In this document: positions 14,244-28,959 of the stretch, in pieces
How the letters are laid out: every line of letters starts with the position of its first letter
Position numbering within the stretch: the stretch's first letter is position 1
NCBI GenBank assembly: GCA_012295275.1
Contig: CM022671.1
Coordinates: forward strand, 9,796,001 to 9,860,000
Length of the DNA: 64,000 bases
Reading direction: 5' to 3'
Source of the DNA: Chrysomallon squamiferum
Lineage: Eukaryota; Animalia; Mollusca
Made by a program: the position numbers and the translations under genes
The notes under the pieces: model-generated
The model's input: only the letters and a program-made list of their open reading frames with translations
What the model was told of the DNA's origin: nothing
The model's database searches: none

Positions 14244-14672
14244 GAAAGACATGATTATGGAATCAGCTTCAGTTAGAAGAATATGAAGAACAATATAAAG
14301 GTTACTTTAAACTGATGAAGTATCTACTGATATGGAGCAATTATTATTCACAAAAGTTGGATTTTTGTTTCCAAAGCAGTTTCCAGAAAAAAATGTTCAC
14401 AGTACACATCAGTGTTGATTAATTATTCTCCAATAGTTAACAGTGGATGATTCTTGGTTATTATGGAATGGAACAAAAGACTTCCACTGTCATGTCTAAT
14501 GACAGTGCCAAAGCACTGTGTGATTCTACATTACAAATTAGTGGAGAAGAAATAAAAATATGTGGAACAATGATATTTATAGATAGACAACAAGCAGGTT
14601 CCAGCTTAATGTTGTTTTCATAAAGAATATTAGCTGTTAACTTTGAGAGCAACCATTTAAAGAAACGGGGAG
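14244..14672 (+). pseudogene. Isolated exon-like remnant, product unidentified
   Basis: High-complexity segment between tctacag acceptor and gag|gtgatt donor; longest open stretch WMILGYYGMEQKTSTVMSNDSAKALCDSTLQISGEEIKICGTMIFIDRQQAGSSLMLFS; stops in all frames. Confidence 0.4.
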
Positions 14673-14973
14673 GTGATTGACAGAGATGTGAGACTGACTG
14701 TCTGATGGGAGGTTAACAGGTAAAGAGTGTCTAATAGACAGTTAGTCAGTAGAAGTTAAAAATGAATTGATAGATGTAGATGAATTTAATAAACATGAGA
14801 ATGTCTGTCTGTCTATTCTGTGTATTCTTCTTTCTGAAATGTGTGTTTGTGTGCCAGGCTGAGAGATAGACTGATAGACTTATGTAGTTAGACTGAGAAA
14901 TTGTGTAGCTAGACATACATATAGAGATATATGTATAGATAGGTGACAACTGTATGCATATGCATAGAAAGTG

Positions 14974-15012
<39 letters not shown>

Positions 15013-17304
15013 CAGTGATAAGGATGGCTAAATATGGGAATTCTGAATGAGAATTATTTCTGTTATAAATGGACAGTAACACATACAGACTAATATGTAA
15101 AGTAGTTATAATTATTTAGGGAGATAGAAAGATGAATAGGTGATTCATGGATGGTTATTGATGGATTGTAATATTGATGGATAGGGAAATATATATATAT
15201 AGGGAGGCATTTACTTAGAGTTCGATGGATGGATATACAGATAGCTAAAGAGACAGGCAGGTCAGTAGGTTCACATCTAGCTATAGAATGATAAATATAT
15301 AGTCAGGAAGATAGATAGAAAGATAGGTGTAAGCAAGTATGATGGTAAAGTGGATATAATGATGTATATGTACATAGATAAATACACACAGAGACAGACA
15401 GAAGACCAAGAGGATTGGATCCGTGTTTGGATCAAGTTGGTGACGAACTGATAACTTAAAGGTAGATATCCAGAGATAAATACATAGGTTATATAGAAAG
15501 ATATACAGAGATAATACAGATAGATTATATAGTTTGATATACAGAGATCAATACAGATATACAAAAACAAACACATCTGTATAGGAATGATAATGTATAT
15601 GTATGTTTAGGAAGTGATTGGTATGTATGTCTGTATTAAAGGATGAGTACATATATATGATAGGCACATGTATATTGTGTAAAAAAAAGGGTGGATAGAT
15701 AGTAAAATGTAAAATGGGCACAAGAAATGTAGGTTGATAGACAGAAGAAAGTCAGACAGACAAGATGCAAGGAGACATGAGCATATACCTGCACATCCGT
15801 AAAAAAAAAAGATCTGTTGTTTGTGTGTTAGACAGCGTGTTCCTTATGTATATGGGATAAAATAGATAAATAAATAAATATACTGATAGATAGATAGATA
15901 GATAGATAGACAGACACATATTTGAATAGCGATACAAAGACAGATAGAGAGAGGTGGATAGGCAAGTGTGGAGGTCTTGATGTGTATGTATGTTTGTTAG
16001 AGAGGATTTTTATTTTCTTTCTGTGGAGAAGAAATTGTAACTCAGTTTAACAGAACAATATTGTCATAATAGAGTGTCTTCCCCTGTATATCTAGTCATT
16101 AAATTATTTATTTCTCAATTTACAAATTGAGTGCTGTAAAAATGCCACTATAAAATAAAAGTTCAGACATTATAAGAATCCACTCATTTTTGTTTATACG
16201 TTGATAATAAATGAGGTTAAGGTATAATATTAATGTTGTAAACACGTGCGCAGGTTTCACATGTAATTTGGAAACTGAATATCGACATTTTCTTAATTAA
16301 CATTATCAAGATTATTCTTGAAAAGCCGATTTAATTCCTTTAGCTGTATCCAATACTATTCAGACAATTATATGATATTATCAACATTTGTAGGTCAGAT
16401 TCATAGGTCAGGTAGACAATAATTATATATAGATAGATAGACCACTGATGTATGTATATATTTGTCTGTATAAATATGGGCATATGTGTTTGTGTGTTAG
16501 AGAGAATGGGTATATAAATGTGTGAAAGATAGTGTGATGAGAGAGTCATATGATTGATTGATAAATATAAATAAATAAATATATGAGTGAATGAATGTGG
16601 GTTTATGTATGTATATGTGTGGTAGAGAGGATAGATATAGATAGATGGATATATACAAACTACATAAATATATGCATTATATAGGTTCATAATCATGAGT
16701 ATATGTGTATGATAGGGTAGGGATAAACTGACATGTTTCATTATTTTATCTTTCATTTTATTTGTTTATTTTATTTATGTTATTATTTTTATTTTTTCTT
16801 ATTTGTTGTATGTTTGTTTTTGTCTGAGTTTATATGTGTGTGTGTTTATATATTTATATGTGTGAATATGTGTGTTTGTGTGTGAGAGAAAAACTTTTGG
16901 TGTATTATATTTATGTTATCCTTTGATTATATATTTTTATATTTGTCTCTCTGTCTATCTATATGATGGAAATTATATTAATAATTTCATAATGTCAGAA
17001 TAAAGTAACATACAGAAAAAAGGAAAAAAAAAATACTCAAAAAAGAAAAAAAGAACAAAATAAAAAAAGATTAAAATGTACATTACAGCTGTCATTTCGT
17101 AGACACCTGTTTCTCTAACTATATATCGATCACTTGTGAATAATTGAATAAGTATTAGTAGACCATTGTTTTGAGTTTGGAATAATACACCAGCTTAGCA
17201 TTCACATCAGTAACAGCAACAACAATCAAACATTTTATTTCAAAAAGGTCATATTACATAATATGGTCTCCACTGATTTATCTATCTACACAGCTGTGTT
17301 TTAT

Positions 17305-17850
17305 CAATCCATCCATCCTTCCATCCATCCAGCATATCTGTATCACTGTATTCACTTATCCATATGTGTCTATATATATACATATATCTTTCTGTGTCTA
17401 TTTTGCAACTTTTCACTATATTTCTCTATATTAAACTGTTTGTCTCTATTGGTTTGCCCATTCAACAGACTCATATCCCACCTATTCACCTATCTACATA
17501 CCCACCTGACTATCTACCTCTCTTTTTCTTTTAGTGTTATCAGTTCATCCATCCATCCATCCATCCATCCTTCCTTCCAGCATATCTATATCAATGTATT
17601 CACTTATCCATATACCTGTGTATGCATGTGTGTCTGTGTGTATGTATATATATATATATAATCTTTCTGTCTCTGTTTTGCTCCTTATCACTATATTTCT
17701 CATATTAAACTGTTTGTCTATTGGTTTGCCCGTTCAACAGACTTGTGTACCACCTATTCACCTACCTACTTACCCACCTGTCTACCTACCCACCTGACTA
17801 TCTACCCACCTGTATACCTATCCACCTGACTATCTACCTCTCTTTCTTTT
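17305..17850. repeat. Local tandem duplication (~250-290 bp unit)
   Basis: ccagcatatct.tatca.tgtattcacttatccatat ... attaaactgtttgtct ... ggtttgccc.ttcaacagact ... cacctgactatctacc occurs twice. Confidence 0.85.
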
Positions 17851-18289
17851 TCTAATTATCTGTCAGTCTGTCTAGTTATCTTCCTATAGATCTGTCCCTC
17901 AAACTCTTTTTCACCATCTGTTGATCAATCCATCTTTGTACCTTTCTCTTTACCCTATCTCTGCACATGTATCCCTGAATCCATACTGTGATGCATATCC
18001 ATCCATCCATTTATTTTCAAATTTTCCATCTGTCTATCCATCCATTTGTTACTTCAAAAGGATAAGATAACATGGATTTTTTAACTTATATCTAGGTATC
18101 TATACACACACACAGTCATATACATATACACATACATACATACATACACGAAAACACACATACACAGATATACACATATACACATACACAAAAACACATA
18201 CATATACAGACATATACAGACATATACATACACATACAGAGATAAACACACACTGACATACATACACATACACACATACACACACACTT

Positions 18290-20792
18290 AGATTAACATT
18301 GTGAATTTGATAATTACTGGCAAACTTTGCTCAGATTTGACAGTCAAGTGTAACAAGCCTGTTTGACAGCTGACTGGTTTTCTCTGACCCAGTCTGGAAG
18401 ATCATGTACTTCCTGTAATGCTAACTCTACATAACTGTGAATGGCTTCCTGTGATCCTCCTCGCAACAACCACTGGGCCTGTGTAATACAAAACAGCTGC
18501 AATTCAAAGAAACACACAGTTTATAAATTATAATATCTGCATGTATATAAAAAAACAATAAATGTATACATTTTTACATTATTTTTACACTCATATGTAA
18601 ATAAATAAATCAAATTTGAAACATTGAAAACAAAAAAATACTATTAATGAAAAAGGTTACAAATAATTCAAATAACTGTTTATGCTTTAACTGGAATAAT
18701 TCATAAGTAATGTATAAAATAAATTTTTGAATATCTTTTGTGGATTTCATTCATATTTTTTTCAGGAAAAACAAGATAAAGTAAGTGTTACAGGTAACAG
18801 ATTACTAGTTTGTTTTGGATGAGAAAACCTGCTCTAAAACTGTTAATGTCAGTCTGGCATTTTAGGTAACGTCTGTCATTAGAAACAGTAAAGGTGGAGC
18901 TTTTAGGCATGTCTTGGTAGATGTTTTTTGTGAAAGAAAGCCAGATTTTCAATCAATGGTGCAATGTTTGGTGTAGGAATTAAACCCTTAACAACCTAAA
19001 ACAATAAATTTACTTGTAATCTTTGTATGTTTGTATTTTTAATTTATTTATTTACTTGCATTCTGATAGTTCCAAATAAAAATAGAAGGTGTAGTCTGAT
19101 GACATCATTTTCCACAATCTGCAACAGATGTATCTCACAGATAATGTTTTGTAAAAATATATTTAGTAAAAACATTTGAAAAATTGTTGTTCTTGTTATA
19201 TTATTTAAATCATATGCATACAAAATACTGTTAATCATAAAATAAGTAAACAAAACAAATAACATGTAATTAATAAGTAAACAAACCAGTAATATTAATA
19301 AAATTTAATTAATAAGTAAACAAACCAGTAATATTATATAAAACAAAATAATTTTACCGGACTCAGAATGTTTTCCTCATCAACCAGTTGCTGTTTGCTC
19401 AACCTTTGTCTTAGATTATCAATGTTTACTTCACAAACTTTCACCAGAGTTATCTTCTCATCACAAGTCTTCCTGTACTTTGATGTACAGTCCTGAGAAC
19501 AATAATAATAATAAAATAACTATAATGATATTGATAACAATAATAATAATATTATAATAATAGTAATAATATAATAATAGTGATAATAATAATAATAACA
19601 ATGACTAACAATAATAATTATAATAATAATAATAATAATAAATATAAAGTAATAACAAAAACAATAACACCAACAGAATAATTATAATTACAACGGCAAC
19701 AAGAACTATAAGAATAACAATATAAATAATAATAATAGTAATCAGATTATGTTCAATATTTGTTAATACTTATATTATAAGTTTAATACTACTACAGAAA
19801 TCATTTTAATTATTAATGCTACTATTGCTATAACACTAATAATAACAATTTACCCAAAAAGAAAAACAATAATGAGAAAAGTATTAATAACAAAAATAAT
19901 TATAACTGCTATCAACTATCATTGTGCTGGTACTAAATTTATTAATTTTACTGATACTGCAACAATAATAATAATGACAAAAGAATTAAAGGAAAAAAAA
20001 AAAAAGAATAATGAGAAAAGCATTAATAATGATACTACTAAACATACCACTTATACTACTACTAATAATAACTGATTTTTCTTTTGACTCCAGATGATGT
20101 TCCTTCTGTCAGTTTTATATCACTTTTAGTCTCTGCTAAATTGTAACAACAACACCATAGTATATAACATCTATAACAAAAACAAAAATAATAACAGTTG
20201 CTATCATAATAAATACATATGACCATATTGCTATAAACTGTTACTAAATACTATTTATTTACTACTAAGACAACTATTATGGGTAATAGCAACCACACTA
20301 ATACTACTACTAGCACTACTACTGCTACAACTGTAGGATCAATAATAATAATTACAATTTACTCAAGAATAAAGAAAAAGAGTTTAAAAATTACCAATAT
20401 CAACAGTAATAATAATAATAACAATAATGATAATAATAATAACGATTATAACAACAACAATAATAAAATAATAGTATTAATAATAATAAATAATAATAAT
20501 AATAACTGTAATAATAATAATAATAAATATAAAAATAATAATAATAATAACAACAATAACAATAACAACAATGGTAATAATAATAGTAGTAATAATAATA
20601 ATAATAAGAATAACAATAATGATAATAATAACAATAACAGCAATATTAAAATAATAATAATAATACTGACAACAGAATCAGTAACAAACTCTACTGTTGT
20701 CATCATCTGAAATGTTGAGTTTTCTTTTGACACCAGGTGATGTTCCTTCTGTCAGTTTTATTTCACTTTTATATTTATATTCAAAGATGAAT
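18290..20792 (-). pseudogene. Exon remnants of an unidentified coiled-coil-type gene
   Basis: Minus-strand exons with acceptor sites: 20792-~20665 (FIFEYKYKSEIKLTEGTSPGVKRKLNISDDDNS, partly duplicated at 20070-20135), 19492-19358 (open 45 aa DCTSKYRKTCDEKITLVKVCEVNIDNLRQRLSKQQLVDEENILSP), 18478-~18290 (AQWLLRGGSQEAIHSYVELALQEVHDLPDWVRENQSAVKQACYT*). Confidence 0.5.
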
Positions 20793-21394
20793 CTAAAAAG
20801 TAAAAAAAAATATACTTCCGTACATGAGAAGTTTCACAGTTGTGATTTGAGATTCAGTTTGGGAAATATTTTACCTGGGAACCTAAATGTTTTATATCAC
20901 AGTATACAGAGTGTCATGGTTCAGTAGAAATAAATGTGTATTGTCTTTTATTTAAATGTGTGTCGTTTTACTGGGATATTTTTATTTGTTTTATTCAGGG
21001 ACTTCATTACTTTAGCAAAGACTGGCTATAGAGAACATTATAATGACTTGAACAGACTATTTGTTATAGCAGTACACATCATACTGAAATAAACAATTAA
21101 TTTGAAAGTAATAAAATGTATTTAGGCTAGCTTAAATATACTTCAGAAACAAATATTATCTCTTACATGTAAAAATATCAACTCACTTTCAGAAATTTTA
21201 TTTTCCAGTGATTCTATAAGTGAAGAAAATTCATTGTGGTATTTCAATTTTGTCTGCATATATATATATAAAGTGTGTACTTCTGAAAATTAAACACACA
21301 CACACACACACACACACACAATTCAGATTAAACGACAAAAAAAAAAAAAAAAAAAAATTATTTATTTCCGGATTTGTCATAGTTGTAAATGTTT

Positions 21395-21426
<32 letters not shown>

Positions 21427-21449
21427 CAGATCATGTTTACAGACCTACA

Positions 21450-22357
21450 TCAAACATTCCTGGACAATACTAAGCAATTTATTGCAGTGAGTTCTAAGCT
21501 TTGTGATTGGCTAATAATAAGATAAAAACAAAACAAAAAAAATACAAAATCTATTTTAATAAGGTTGTTATGTTCCTTTATTTTATTTGTTTTGCTTTGA
21601 ACTTTATTTATTTATCTTTATTATCATATTTTTTAATTATTATTATTATTATTTTTTTTTTTTTTAGTGTTTTATTTACGGATAAATGCGGGATGATTGT
21701 CGGTCTTTAAGGATTTACTGTTATATTTGATGTTCGATGAATCTTATACAGAATTGGTGTAATCGCATTATTATCCAACAAAAAGTTGCTTAAAGCATTT
21801 CATTTTGTGCAGGAGACAGATATTATTATTTATTATTATTTAGATTGTTTTTAGTTTTATTTAATTATAATTTACATGTCAAAGCCAAGTGATGGCAGCC
21901 ATCTTATTTCGAAACAATAATTATTTATATATAAATTTTTGATTTATTGATTTATATTTTTTTCAAAAGACACTCGATTAATAATAAAATTCACCTGTTT
22001 TTTTTTTTTTTTTTTTTTTTAAGTTAACTAATAAAAGTGTTAAAAGAAAATATACTAATTTTGTTTGACAGGTTTTCTGTCGGTTCATTTATGATTTATT
22101 TTTTAAAAGATGTGTTAAATTGCTGACTTGCTCTATACATTATTAAACATATTTAAATGATTTTTTTTAACCATATTAAAGGTTGTAATGGGTGGGGCCC
22201 TAAATACTTTCATATTGTTTAACCTAAATATCTATAGAGTTCTATGTTAACATTAAAAACAAGTAATGATAAATACAAATTTAAGAAAAATATGATCAGG
22301 TTATTTCATATGTAGCCACTGTAAAATATTAATAAAATTATTTGTTATAATAATATT

Positions 22358-22365
<8 letters not shown>
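21450..22365 (+). repeat. Segmental duplicate B (inverted homolog of ~52195-53440)
   Basis: aatgcgggatgattgtcggtcttta.ggatttact (21683) is the reverse complement of 53078-53112; taatgggtggg.ccctaaat (22187) matches 52364-52384. Confidence 0.9.
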
Positions 22366-22398
<33 letters not shown>

Positions 22399-24104
22399 AT
22401 TTGTAATCATAATCACAAAAGATATTAATACACTTGTACAAAACACTACTGAAATGATTAATTTTTTAAGTTTGTGTATATATGTCATGGGTGTCTTAAA
22501 TGCAAATAATATGACTAATACTGTGACATCCAAAACTATTTACATCTGTATCTATAGTTAATTATTTGCTTCATCACACCTAAATGTATTACAAAATGTT
22601 CCAACTCACACATTATAAATCTATGAATGTACAAGGTCTAAATTCTGTCAGTTCTGTGTATTTCTTATGTATTTCTTATTATTCTAAACCTAATGAAGTT
22701 TGATTTAATTTGATGTAGGAAATAGCATTTTGTAATACATTAATATTTTATAACACATTACATTTTATATTATGTACATTTCTCTCTCTCTCTCACTCTC
22801 TCTTTCTCTCTGTCAGTCTCTGTCTCTCTCTCACACACACCCACACACTTCCATTCATATGTGATTATTTTGGTGTAAATTTCTCTATTTTAAATTAATA
22901 GAAGAAGCATTATATTTTATGAGTACTTTAAAATGTTTAACATTATTTTTAGTCTGGAAATGCCAGCTGCCAGGAGGATCTCTTGTACATGCGAGATGTA
23001 GACAATAAAACCTTGCTGACATTCTCACAGAGCTGTTCTTCTGGTTTGAAATGATAAAACTGACAGAGACAGGACAGCTGCTGAACAGTTAGGAAGCAGA
23101 AATTATGTTTTGTGAGAGTTTTTAATTTACATTGCAAGGCCATTATTGTATTAAATCTTTTATTATACAAATTTATGAAATGTATTTTACTGGAAGCATT
23201 GAGATTTGTAATATTCAGTTTTAGTGTACAGACCTTTGTACATATATTTGTATTACTTAAATGGAGGATTTCAGGCTTTAATATATTCTTATATACTGAT
23301 CAGTATTTCATATACCAATCAAGGATCTTTAAATGAATGCATCTGAGTTAAATTTCATCAGATAGTTTACATTGCAGGGTTATTATTTTTGTTGATGTTA
23401 ATTCAGCATCTCACTATGGTAATGGGAGGTCAAGTGTCACAAAATACCACGTACCCATTAGCAACACAACAAAACATAGATTTCACAAAACTGAGTCGTG
23501 ATTCACCAGTACTCCAGAACTAAATAAATGAAACTCTTCTCAGTAAGTATTCACTTAATTCATTTTGTTAAATTTATAGTGATGGATGGACTGGCTCAGT
23601 GGTTAGAGTGCATGGTCAATGTCTTTTGGATTTTTAACAATCTAGCTGTTGATGTATCTAAGATTATATGTTGTTTGTTTTTTTTCTGTGCAAAGATGTA
23701 CATTAGAAAACGGTTTTAATTGCTTGTTTAAAAGGGTGTCACTTTAGATTGCAGAAACTGGGTTTCTTTTTCATTATCTGTGTAGTTAGTTACCTTTTAA
23801 AATACTAGTAAAAACTGGTAAAAAGACATGCTGTGTATGTTCTTAAATAAAAAAAAAATTATTCTTTATTTTAGATTTGGTCTGTTTTAGGAATTAGTGA
23901 TCAGCTTGAAGTAAGTGTTTATTAAATCAACAAACATAATGTTGTGCTCTATCAGACCAGTTCAGTTAATATTTAGTTAAGATGCTGTAAAGTATCTGTT
24001 TACAGTGTAAATATACTGTCCTAGTTATCAATATTTTTATTTAATTCTTGTAACACATCTTTCCTTTCCTAATACATTATCTTTTGTTGGTACTTAACTT
24101 TCAG

Positions 24105-24566
24105 CCTGAAGAACATCTCATGAGACTGATGAACATGCTGGATCCAAAAGGTGTTGATCCTTTTGTTGAAAAGAACTTTTACAAGAAGATCATCAGAACA
24201 TGGATTCTGGATCATAACAATGCTAAAGGGTAATAACTTAATGAATCAAAAAACACACCAAAACATATACATATGCACATTTATTGTTATATTATAGAAT
24301 AATGTATCTCAGTAAACAATAAACAGATATTTTGAATTATTACTGTATTTCCTGTGCAGAATTTACTATTATTTGAATAATATGTTTATCTATGACTTAT
24401 CATTGTTTATGTTAAAAAAAAAAAAATTCTGTTAATTTTTTATTCTTGATATTAATTTTCAGTGGAAGTCGCAGGGATGATGCCCAGTTCCTCTTGGAGA
24501 ATGTGGATTATGATATTCAGTTAGTTTAAGAAGACCATTCTGAGCATTTACAGGACACTGATATTG
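24105..24566 (+). pseudogene. LRMP/KASH5-family N-terminal EF-hand-like exon plus following exon
   Basis: 24105-24229 (ttcag|...|gtaat) reads PEEHLMRLMNMLDPKGVDPFVEKNFYKKIIRTWILDHNNAKG, matching the L..L.N.LDP.G....V....F...R.WI pattern of the KASH5/Lrmp EF-hand_9 domain as I recall it; next exon 24463-24566 has an in-frame stop. Confidence 0.65.
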
Positions 24567-25149
24567 GTGAGTCATTTCTAAAATAATTTTATCTTCATTA
24601 AAAAAAAATAATAATAATAATAAAAAAAAATTAAATATCACTTTATAGTAATATTGATTTTTGGGGGTATTTAAAACTTTAAATGATACATATATCTAAT
24701 GACATATGTATTTTATTTATAGATGTTTTTATTTTACTCGACTAGGTAATAGGGAATCACAGAAAACTAAAATGTCAGGTTTCTGGGAACAGTATATATA
24801 ATTATAATTATTTTTTCATTCTTATTATTATATTTTTTTTTTTTACCACTGTTGGTTTTTGTTCCATAATTGTGTCCTGTCACCATGAAATGAGTTGGAT
24901 GTCATCTTGCCTAATTGTGTGCAAAATAAGCTCAGTGGGGAGTAGGTTGAGATTTTAATTTAAACTGATAGTTTATCCATTTATGTACATTTTGTGTTAA
25001 TACTAAAACACATTTTGTTCTATATGCTTCAAAAATGCACTTAAATGAGATAATTCTTTGTTTTTTGTTAATTAAATTCAATATTCAGCAAATGTTTTCA
25101 CCCTGGTATCAGTGGAAAGCTTGTTTTCGCAGCTTTCTAAATATGCAGA

Positions 25150-25312
25150 GTTTGATTGGCTGAGTTTAAAATAAAAGATCACTGAATAAGAACAAAATAA
25201 GAATCGAACAGTAAACAAAGGGTTGCTAGGACGGAAATCCCCTTCATTCACTTGTCAACAATATCATGTGACATAATATTTCAGTGCAAGTGAGGTAATT
25301 TCCAAGATGGCG
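25150..25312 (+). promoter_or_regulatory. Putative promoter of the transposase gene
   Basis: Reverse CCAAT (gattggct), GTAAACAA, GTTGCTAGG, CGGAA and YY1-like CAAGATGGCG overlapping an ATG at 25307. Motif-level evidence only. Confidence 0.4.
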
Positions 25313-28230
25313 TTTAACTGTATGCATGCTGAAATTTTGCATGTAGAGCAAATATTTTGGACAATACTGATTCAAAAGATGTACAGTCTTTTATCCAGGA
25401 TTATTTTATTGATTCTTCCGTTATTGAAGTGATAAATGACACTGGTGATATTACAGAAAACAACGAGGATTCAGCTGATGACACTGATTCTGAATTAAAT
25501 TTTGCTTGCTGTGGATGAAGAGTAGCGACAGACCTCCGATTGATACAGAATTCATTTCAACACTTCAAATAGACTTTAATCAATTATGTGATGTGATTGC
25601 TGATAAAGAAAATGTAAAAGTTGTACAGTTTGACTGAGATGAAGTGCTGGAACGGAGAATGAATATGGCAGAATTCAGTGAAGGTAAGAATGCATTGTTT
25701 GTAATATTTATAGATAAAGGGACTATCCTCAGTTTGTAGTCATTTTAATGTTTTAAAAATTATTAAAATAGCAGTTCATTTGGATTTTTTTTTAACTTAT
25801 AAGTTATATAATAATATTAATGTCAATAGCAGCCGAGCATAGATATTTAACATTAAATACATTTTTGGTTAGCTTAATGTTTTGTATTAATTTTAGCCAT
25901 AAAATTATTTTTATATAATATCCACCTTTTCTTAAACCTCCAAAATGTTTTTTAAACAACAGGTAACTGACTAAATTTTAATATAATTTTAAAACTATTT
26001 TATTTTGTGTTTTGCAGCTGAAAAAGACACGATTCTACTTGGAGTACTGCCAAGTACTATGAATAATGGAGAGATGACATGTTTAAAACCCTGCTGACAA
26101 ACAGAACGTAAACTCCAGAGATGTTGCTACATCATAGATTCTAAAATTCTTTGCAGAGAAACCTTCCAATTCACTGATGGGTAAGTGTGCATTTTAATCC
26201 ATTGATCATGAGTAATTGTGTTTTGCTGGAGTTGATACTAAATTGCTAAATATTACTGTTTAGAATACATGATTAATTAAGAATTGAATGATAAAATCGA
26301 AGTATTCATTTAAGTTGTTATTTTACTTATTTTTTCAGTCATCCAGTTCAGTATATATATTGTTTGTTTTTTTTAACTGAGGAGGGGGGGTTCTAAATTT
26401 ATTTCCCCACATTGTATTTTTAGTCTAGATATACCAAAGCTATTTGATTAGTATACCAACGATTATATACAAGTGTTCCTGTAAAGAACAATCACAAAAA
26501 TTATTTTTTAATCTCTTTATTACAACGTTAGTCAGAATAAACTAACAGCATTGGTGAAGCACTACGTCAGCATGGAGTAACTCCAAGACAGAAAAAATGT
26601 GATGGGAGAAAATTTAATTCCAGTGTACTTAGTTCTGATGAAACAGAGAGTGTTGTCCAGTTTCTGCAGCATTTTGCGGAGGACCATGCACTCATCTTAC
26701 CTGGCCAGGTACCAGGATCCAAGAGAAGTGATGTCGACATACTCCCCACATCTGAGACGAAGTCTTCACTTTGAAGGCATTACCAACAACTTGCTATTGC
26801 ACGAGGTAAGTTGATTGTGTCTTCACACAAAAGATTCTTCAAGAGCACGTGCACAACCAAATAAATTATAACGATTGATAAAACTACTTTTTTTTCTAAC
26901 TGGTCCTTAGAGCATACTGCCACTGTATCATATTTTAATGAATTTGTTTTATTTACATAGTTATTTGAATGAATAGATTGGTATATTTATGGGTTTTATA
27001 TATACCTGTATAAGGATGTATAGATATTTTGATTCATGTATAGATGAATATACATGTCGATAGACGTATATAATTTAATATGTATCATGTTTGTTGTAAA
27101 ACAAAGATTAAACACCCCAACCTTTACTTCACTTCTGTATCTGGAGATAAATTAAAACAAACATTAAATTATACTTTATAGGAAAGGTGCTTCAAACAGT
27201 ACACTAATTCAAATAATCGTGCATACATTTATATTTTTACTTAGTTTTTAAGTTTTAAAGTTATTGATATTGTCACTCTTGATGTGGAAAATTTGCAGTG
27301 ATTGTTTTAATACTTATTTATTTTTATGTCTTTTTTTTTTTTTAGTTCATCGTGCCAAAGGGAAATCCTCCTTTATTAATCTATGGAAGCTGCATGTTCC
27401 CTTCATAGTTGTTGGACAGATCTGTGCTGGCAGTGGAAACAAAACAACAAGATGATTCACTGAACTGCCAATCTTCCAGAAGATGAGAAAATGTGAGTGC
27501 TTGGTGAACAACTAGATCATCTGTGTATTGTGGAATCTGAAAGGAATTTTATAATAATACTGTGGCGAAGTTCAAAGTTATTGCCGCTGAAGCTAATATT
27601 ACCAATGTTGGCCCTCACCAAACTAACTCTTTCCCTGGTGCAATTCATTAATCTTTCAATTTCGCCCAACAAGTCCACATACCAAGTAGTAGAAATGAAA
27701 GTGAACTTACATTGTGACAAAATAAGAATTAATTTATGTTGTGGTATGCTGCATGGATGGTTATGATTGAACTCCATACAAAAGTAACACTTAATTTTAT
27801 GCCTGCTGGCCATACCAAGTTCACACCAGACTGGTGTTTTGGATTATTAAAATTCAGAAGTTAGGTGTCTTGCCAATTTGTGTCGAGTTGTTGAATCCAG
27901 CACAACAAAGGTAATCAACCAAATTGTATGTTCTGAAACCATGTGACAATATATGACTGGCAGGTGTACTTTGATGGGTGGTTTCATCCTCTTAAAGGAA
28001 CGAAGTCAGTTCAGCATTTCCGTTTTTGCAGTGATAAACCAGGCATTGTATTTTATAAGCTTGATGATGCAGATTCCCAGTTTGAGATTGTTTTTAGAGC
28101 AGACACAGTGAAGGCACAACTAAGAGGACTTCCAGAATCTATACGCCCTTCTGAGATTCCAGCTGGCTGAGAGGAATACCTTCACCACAGCATTTGACCT
28201 TTTGTTAGACAAGACGAGCAGCTACATAAC
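25307..28230 (+). mobile_element. Decayed intron-containing Sola-like DDD transposase (DUF7869-type)
   Basis: Motifs in expected order: FLQHFAEDHALILPGQVPGSKRSDVDILPTSETK (~26660), SSFINLWKLHVPFIVV / TDLCWQ (~27365-27435), H*SFNFAQQVHIPS (~27645), LHCD/QNKN*FMLWYAAW (~27706), NFMPAGHTKFTPDWCFGLLK (~27793), YDWQVYFDGWFHPLKGTKSVQHFRF (~27952). Three GT-AG introns (25684-26017, 26181-~26531, 26806-27345). Stops, frameshifts and deletions throughout. Confidence 0.8.
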
Positions 28231-28959
28231 AGTAACTTGAAACTGTTGGTAAAAATATTATTTTCAAATTACACCTTTGGATGTTTGCATGACACAGTTG
28301 TGACAATTCTATATACTGCATATAAATAACATGGTTGTATTAATTTTTAATTGTTATTATTATTTCTTGGGGTGAGAATTAATATTATGAGAATGTAACA
28401 CTATCAAAGTATGTCAGTCTATTTCAGTGTATTGTATGAAAGCCTGTACAGTAATTAAATATTAGAAAACTATCTGTTTTTAAATTGGTCACCCATCGTC
28501 ATGATCCAAACATACATATATGTTATCCTTAAAAGAAAATGGTTTGTTTTTTGTTCAAATATAAAGGAAGTAGCATATCTTTGTTATTCAAGGTTTTATC
28601 AGAGAAATTTAATTATAACAATTTTTTAAAAGAAATTGCAAGTCAAGGAATCTTTTTAATTGGTACCAATAGGTGCAGCATGGTGCGATCAATTCAAAGC
28701 ATGGTGAGGCACTATTCTTTAACTGGCTAGGAAAATTTCTACAATTAGTAACAGTGATCTAGTTGGTCCTTTTGTTTGTAGATGCACTAATTTATTATTA
28801 TTATCATGGGTTAGACATAAAGGTTGAGAGATAGCAAGTTACAGTGATAAATACAGAGAGATAGGCAAGTGACGGAGATATAGGTAGACAGTGAGAAGAC
28901 ATAGAGATTTAGGTAGAGAGACAGAAAAGTGATAGAGAAAGGTAATGAAACAGACAGTT

